A program made the translations under genes and the position numbers. DNA of 64,000 nt from the human T2T-CHM13v2.0 reference genome, Homo sapiens. The stretch lies in the NCBI RefSeq assembly GCF_009914755.1, contig NC_060942.1, one strand, 5' to 3'. The notes under the pieces were generated by a model that was given only the letters and a program-made list of their open reading frames with translations, was not told where the DNA came from and did not search any database. Shown here piece by piece: positions 55,493 to 64,000 of this stretch. Position 1 is the stretch's first letter. Every line of letters starts with the position of its first letter.

Positions 55493-55744
55493 TTGCCTTA
55501 CTGAACTATTAGAAAAAATAAGAGACGTAGTTCTTGTTGAAAGTTTAGCGTGGCATCTAGTATATCGTGAGCACTTTCATCTGGTTGGTAGATTGTACAC
55601 CTTGTAAGCAATCCATAAATTATAGCTACCGTAGCTGTTGTTATAACTACTATTGTCAGAAATGTTGACACTTGTTATCCCAAAGAGCAGGACTCACAGA
55701 GTTGTTAGCTGGGAGGAGTGGGTGAAATGGGCTATGTTTGGGTA

Positions 55745-57420
<1,676 letters not shown>

Positions 57421-58358
57421 CTCCAGTGTCTGTGGCTTCCCACTCAAGGATCTTTTTAAAAAATCTTTACTGAACTGGCATCCAAATCCCTTCCTATGGC
57501 CTTCCCCTGCTCTCTATGTTCTGAATGCTGAATGCATTTTCTGCATCTCCCCCATGTGGGTTGTGACATTTCTGAGGCCAAGGACTGGGCTTCTCCTATG
57601 CTTTAGTGCACTAAGCACTTATCTAGAGCAGGGCAGCAGGTGGGTTAACACTTGGCAGTACACAGATGGGGGATGATGGGGTCAGCTAGGAGCAAAGCCT
57701 ACAAACAGAAAGACATTTTAGCCCCATCTTTAAGTCAGCTGGAACAAGGCCAAAGTGGGTCTGATGGGGAGATTTAATCCCAACCTTCTGTATCAAACGG
57801 GTAGTATGGAGGCTGGAATCCAATCACCCTAGTCTACTGATGCATTTAGATTTATAAAAAGTGAGTTTCGGCCAGTCTTCTCTCCTCTGCCTACTCAGTC
57901 CATGCCTGGAGCTGGGTGCTGTACCTCCCCGGGAGGTGTTGAGCTCCCCCTTGCTGCAGACAATCTACTAGAGGCTGGTAGTTACCAGTCAGGGATGCTG
58001 CGGATGGGCCTCCTACATTACTGTCAGTTTTCTCTGAGGACCATGTTGGTTTTCTGTGGTGCAGCAGCCCTGCCTGGATGAGAGAGTGACGACTTCCTAC
58101 GCTTACACAACCCCACCTCCTCATCCCTTAATCCCACCTACACTCTTAGCCTGTTACCCTGCTGCTTACCTATCCCAAGTCTGCAGCTGACTCCTGAATT
58201 CCAGGCTACATTCACCCATTGCCTCAGTTCAGGCCCGTGACACAGGTGAGGGTTACAGGGAATAGCATCGGTCACAAAACAAACTGAGGCTATTTTTGGC
58301 CACTTCCATGCAGAGGAAGTTATCTGTTCTAATGATCCTAGGTGCCACATGAATGAGA

Positions 58359-58377
58359 TGCCACCAGGGGGTGCTTG
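58359..58377 (+). promoter_or_regulatory. CTCF motif TGCCACCAGGGGGTGCTTG
   Basis: One mismatch to the core consensus CCACCAGGGGGCGC; occupancy unknown. Confidence 0.6.
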
Positions 58378-59257
58378 TTTCTGGGTCCCTGAGATGAGTC
58401 GCCTGTTCTCTCTGTCTCTCCCAGCATCATCCTTAAATGCTGATTGGTGCCCACATTCCCACCATCATAAGAACATAAGACTTTGATCATCCTTAAAATG
58501 TACATACCCAAGAAAGAAATTGAGATTTCTGTTTTATTATTAGATATCCCTCCTGAGCGAGACTAAATATAAGTCAGTATCCTGAGGGTGGTACTATGGA
58601 GGGGAGGGATCCTGAAATGTGTATGGTCCCACTATATGAGAGAAGAAACAAGAGAAAAATAAGAAGCCAGAAAGTAGTGATTGGGGTACCCTGTAAAGAA
58701 ATGTTTTCATCTCTACCATCCTGTGGAGGGTGAGTTCTGTGCACCTGTTGCTCTACTACTCTTCAACCCTCGTCACACAGAGACTCCAAAAAGGCCTTCA
58801 GACTCCAAATGACACCCTCATCAATAAGCTTGCATTGCAAATCCACATTTTGACAACACATTTCCCAAATTTAGTCCCCTAATCCACTCCCAGAATATAT
58901 TATGCTTTGCACCCAACAGATGGATTAAAAGCTTAAATCTTCTGCTTGTTAGGAAACCAACCAGAAACCAAAAATACAAACACATACACCCCTGCAGGTG
59001 TGAGTGCAATGGTGGGGGTGAGGAGAGAAGCGTGGGTGTATGTAAGGACCCAAGAGTGTTCACTTTGGGGAGGAGAGAACCACAGTAGAGAATGTGGAGA
59101 GGCCAGGGCATCCTCTGGGCTTTGAATGGGGTGAGGGGCAACCAGCTGCTTCCTTAATTCTTCTCAGATCCCTTGATTTAGGCCTTTATGTATCAAGTGT
59201 GTGTGTAGGTCTGAAGCACAGGAGAATATCTCCGTGAATATCATGCCACAACATGCC

Positions 59258-59356
59258 ATGTCATGAGCAACATCCAGGTGAATATCACGTGAACTCCCAC
59301 ACAGCAGCTGTGGGTGCGAGTTCTCATGATATTCACCTGGATGTTGCTTATGACAT
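59258..59356. repeat. Hairpin-forming inverted repeat with a 43-bp stem (39/43 Watson-Crick pairs)
   Basis: 59258-59300 versus the reverse complement of 59314-59356. Confidence 0.95.
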
Positions 59357-60135
59357 TCTGGCCATGTATTAGGCATGTGTGTAGGTGTGAAGCACAGAAT
59401 CCCTAGTGTAGGGGCTGCCAGGGTACTCAGTCAAGCTCTCTCCTACATAGAGTGGGCTTGCCTCTTGAGGAGACAGAGGCCTGAGCTGGGGAAGTGAACC
59501 TGGAGCCCTCCCTAGCACCAGATTTGGAACCAGATATCTGCCTCCAGTCCGGGGCTCACTCCTCTCTTTTGGAGCCTTGGGGGCTTTGAGGATTTCCTGC
59601 TCTTCATTTCTTGGGGTTCCAAGCTTTCATCATGTCAGTGACCACATCTCATTTCCCCTCTGTGCATAAAATTTGTTGAAATCTCTATAATTGGAGGTTG
59701 TTATTTTGAAGGTGGTGGGGGTGGGGGCAAATGGGAAGAGAGGGTGCCAAGGGCACTTCTGGAGAATACAAGGGAACCCCCCAGGAGCTGGGCTCATCAG
59801 GGGAAGTAGAGAAGATCTCTGGGTGTCTCTGGGAAATTTTACAATCTCTTCCCCATTGTCTTGCTTTCTCATCATTGAAAAATTGCTCAGAATGCAATAA
59901 AAACAAGGTGTTCTAATTAAACAGATTTGTTTACATGTTGTGGCATGAAAAACTAATTCAATCTGATATACTGTACATTCCTGCTGTACTTTTTTCCTTC
60001 CTTTTATATAAAACTGCCCATTTTTAAACAGTATTGTACTTAAGCATCTTAAAGAGTATCCTTGATTAACAGAAAGGAAGCAATTTTCTACTCCCTACAG
60101 CTTTCAAAGGATTGTGTCAATAAGGAGAGAAAGAG

Positions 60136-60230
60136 AGCAGTTGTGGGTGGGAGTTCTTGTGATATTCACCTGGACATTTCTTATGATGGTTCTGGCCATT
60201 TAATGCCAGAATGGTTCTGGCCATTTAATG
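60136..60230 (+). repeat. Direct copy of the hairpin right arm, plus a local 20-bp duplication
   Basis: 60136-60199 resembles 59303-59365; ATGGTTCTGGCCATTTAATG at 60186-60205 and 60211-60230. Confidence 0.9.
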
Positions 60231-60536
60231 TGTGCTGTGCCACCAGACTGGACCCTTAGGTGGACTTTGTGCCATGACTGAAACACAGAGGCCCAGAGTG
60301 CTGGGAGAATCTAAGGCTGGAGCAGACGTGGGGTCTTGTTCTGAGAAAGAGTAGAGGCTGTCATCACATATCCTCCCAGGAGGGTGGCGGTCCCAGCATC
60401 CTTGTGGAGTCCTGGGAGAGAATCCACAGAGAGGAATGGGTGTGGAGAGATTGACAGGCATGATCATAATCATGATGGTTTTCATCACAAAAACGTTGTG
60501 TGGGAATGATTTCAGTTGTTGTATAATAGAAATTCT

Positions 60537-60923
<387 letters not shown>

Positions 60924-62369
60924 TAATTCCAGAATTCTCTGGAAGGAATCTTTGTGTGGGGTAAGAAGTCTGGCTAGTTTATCATCACTTTTAGATTTTC
61001 AGAGCTGGAAGTAACCCTACAGCTTCTGGAGAGCAGGGACTCTCCCTAATCTCCAGATCCCCTGTGCCTTGTGCAGTACTGGGGCAGGAGGTGTTGATAT
61101 TTGTGATGTGAATTGGGAGAGTTAGCAATGCTGTCTCCTCAATGTTCTGGACACCAGCCTTGCTTATTCTGACGTCCTGTCTTCATTCACGCTGTTGCCT
61201 TCACTTGGGAACCTTTCTCCATCCACTCATCTTGTTGAAACATAGCCTACCCTTTGAGCCCCTCAGATTCACCACTCCCCTGACCTCTGCTCTCTGTGCA
61301 TTCATTCTCCACTTATGACCAGTTCTGTGTTGTTTAGCCTGCCCTTTGATGATTCTCCTTGGTGATTGCCTTTTGACACAGTCCTGTCCCTCAGCTGGAG
61401 TATGTCCTCTTCTCGGGTCTTTCAGCAGTACCCTGTATTGTTCTGGGGAGACACATGTGGTCAGTAAGGACATCCCCGCTGATGAGTAGGTATTTGAGAA
61501 TTCTTTCTTCCCCGCTTCCACCTCTCCTTTCCTATTTTTTTTTCCAATTCATTCTTCATTCCATGAGTGTTTAATGGTCTCAGCCTAAAGTCCCGTGGAG
61601 ACCAACATGTTCATGCTGTTACATTGCTAGTAGAGAGCACCAGCCCTGAGTGTTAATGTGGGGTTTGGGGAGAGGAAGCATTTGGATCTGGGATATGGCA
61701 GCAGCCCATCAGCTTGGCGAGCCTCTGCTAGGGTTTGGAGACCTTGCTTTTTTACTTAGCTCTTCCCTTGCTCTTTTCTGCCCTGCTGCACTCTCCACAT
61801 CCAGAGGCCCTCCCCCTAAGTAATCCCAATAGAAATGTCTTGGACTGGTGCTTGAGATAAGGGCAGGGAGAAAAGCCTGGAATTAGACTCTCTTTGAAGG
61901 AAATATGTATCTCCTGGACCTCACTGGGCTATAACTGAAGAATGGGACAGAGATTTCAAAACTAAAGGCCAGGAAGAAGAAAATGTATGAAAGACACCAA
62001 ACATATTCTCCCAGTTCACCTACAACACTCCTCTCTGCATGTAGATCTAGAGAGGCTTTCCTTTTTGGCATCCCTGATTCTCATGCCCATGTATTTAATG
62101 GTGGGATTGATGTATTTCTTTAAAAATCATTCATTGATATTCTACTAAGTGCTGAAAATTTAACCTGTAATTCAAGAAATGAATGTTTGGCCCAACTTCA
62201 AATCCCACTCTTCTCCTACCAAGCCCATTCAGTCTACCTCAGCCAGGTTTCTCACCAACCACCATCTTCCATTGGTCTCACTCACACCTTTATCCTGCCT
62301 TCAAACACTGGCTCCTGATGTGATGGTTTTCATCCCTGTCTACTCAGATCCATCTATAATTCAGAGTCC

Positions 62370-62822
62370 CCCATGCCTCATATCTCCCATGGCTCTCCAG
62401 ATCCACTCCCCATCTGTCCTCTGCCCTCTAACCTGCAGGATATCCTGTATGAATTATGTCAATGGGCATGTGAGCCCCTTGGCTTCTGGCTTCTTGGGCC
62501 AATAAGGAGGGACTTCAGTGGGGATAAAGTATTTCCCCGCTTCATTCCCTGCTGTGGGATCACCTCCATCTGCCACTGTAAGGTCCCTGCCTTCTCTGTG
62601 GTCTGCCCTACATGAGGACCTCTCCCTTTCTGAGTCAGTAGCTTCTCCCTCTCCTTCTCCCTTCAGCCTGAAGCTGGCCACAACTCCACTGCTACTGTCC
62701 CTGTGTTCCTGCACTAGCTCTTCTGCTTCCTCTTCACCCTGCCTGCCCCATGGTAATAAACTCTCTGTAAAGAAGCTCTCCTAATTTGAATGTTTTATTC
62801 TTTCCTGGAGAGTCCCTGACAT
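62370..62822 (+). mobile_element. ERV-L LTR (LTR33-like)
   Basis: GGCTTCTGGCTTC..GGCCAAT..CCCTTCAGCCT..AATAAAC..AATTTGAATG..TTTCCTG..CCCTGACA. Confidence 0.55.
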
Positions 62823-62910
62823 ATGGCTCCCCATATCTATCCCCCATTTTGTTTTGGAACTTATGTAAATCTTATCTTTGGCACACAATCTGGTAATGTT
62901 TTCTGAATTA

Positions 62911-63075
62911 ATTTAAAAAATAATTTTAATGCTTATAGATCCCCTGCCTCTCCTGCTAGATTATGACCTCTTCAGCAGAAGGCCTGGGTAATTTTTTTCT
63001 TCCTATCTTGTATCTCTTCTAGAACTTGATAGCAAGTAGGTGCTCAAACAAGTACCTGTTTATGGACAGATGAAC
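62911..63075 (+). mobile_element. L2 3' end fragment; donor of the copy at 63515-63614
   Basis: CTCTCCTGCTAGATTATGACCTCTT..AGTAGGTGCTCAA. Confidence 0.6.
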
Positions 63076-63425
63076 CATTACATTAGCAAGGTCAGGGCGG
63101 AGGGGCATGGGCTTAGAGTTCAAGTTCAAATGATAGGGTTCAAACGTGGCCTTCTTTTTCAGGGGACTGTGCCACCTTAACAAAATCATTGTTCTTTCTA
63201 AATCTCAAATTCTTTCTCTCAAAATTGGCATAATATAAGCTACTGCATGGCTCCATATTTCATTTTAATTTTGTAAAATGTGTGGTTGTGATAGTGGTTT
63301 TGTGAGGCCTTAATAAAATCTGATTTAAGAAAGCTTACTCTATTTTATATATATTGAATCTGAAGATATAATTTGAGGTCCAATATTGAAAATTTATAAG
63401 TCAATTAAAAATCTAAAAATGAGTA

Positions 63426-64000
63426 CAGTTTTGTGACTTATAAGATGTTTCAGTCAATGATGGACCGCATATGTGATGGTGGTCCTATAAGAGTATAATG
63501 GAGCTGAAAATTTCATTTAAAAATAATTTTAATACTTACATTTCTCTTGCTTCTCCTGCTAGGTCATGACCTCTTGAAAAGGTTTGGATGATTAATGTTT
63601 TTTTTTTATCTTGTCACAGGGCCATGAAGCATTACTCATGTATTTGTGGTGATGCTGGTGTAAAGAAACCCACTGTGCTGCCAATTGTGTAAAAGTCTAG
63701 CACAGTTTTGTACAGAATGTAATACTTGATAACAATAAGTGACTATATTACTGGTCTATATATTCACTACACTATGCTTTTTATTGTTTTCTTAGAGTGT
63801 GCTCCTTCTACTTATTAAAAAAAGTTAACTGTAAAACTGTCTCAGGCAGGTCCTTCAGGAGGTATTTGAGAAGAAGGCATTGTTGTCATAGGAGATGACA
63901 GCTCCATGTGTGTTACTGCCCCTGAAGACCTCCCAGTAGGACAAGATGTGGAGGGGGAAGACGGTGATATTGATGATTCTGACCCTGTGTAGGCCTAGGC
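63426..64000 (+). mobile_element. Tigger3b/Golem-type TcMar DNA transposon, running off the window edge and interrupted at 63515-63614
   Basis: TA followed by CAGT..GGACCGCATAT..ATAATGGAGCTGAAAA; GCATTACTCA..GGTGATGCTGGTGTAAA; CAGGCAGGTCCTTCAGGAGG..GACCCTGTGTAGGCCTAGGC. Confidence 0.9.

Noticed and set aside
59188-60230. Repeat-spacer-repeat pattern as a CRISPR-like array
   Set aside because: Only 2-3 copies in mixed orientation with irregular spacing, no cas genes, and a primate context.

Overview
Primate (very probably human) non-coding genomic DNA, as shown by Alu, L1PA, MIR, L2, MaLR/ERV LTRs and Tigger/MER33 fossils. I found no intact protein-coding gene. The only ORFs with recognisable products are broken L1 ORF2 pieces and a decayed RPL12 processed pseudogene (46166-46793). 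A near full-length ancient L1ME (about 18.2-27.1 kb) hosts two younger L1 insertions. One of them, an L1PA4/5-like copy, carries an apparent 273-bp 3' transduction inside a shared target-site duplication (TSD). The most unusual structures are: (1) a TSD-flanked element made of two inverted MLT2A LTR 5' ends; (2) a polyadenylated, TSD-flanked LTR fragment; (3) a 43-bp-stem hairpin at 59.26-59.36 kb, apparently built by templated copying from 0.8 kb downstream; (4) further short local duplications and fold-backs; (5) a CpG-rich candidate promoter with a perfect RFX X-box next to a solo LTR1. I cannot support a new multi-gene system here. Repeat names come from recalled consensus sequences, counts are by hand, and unanchored boundaries are approximate.
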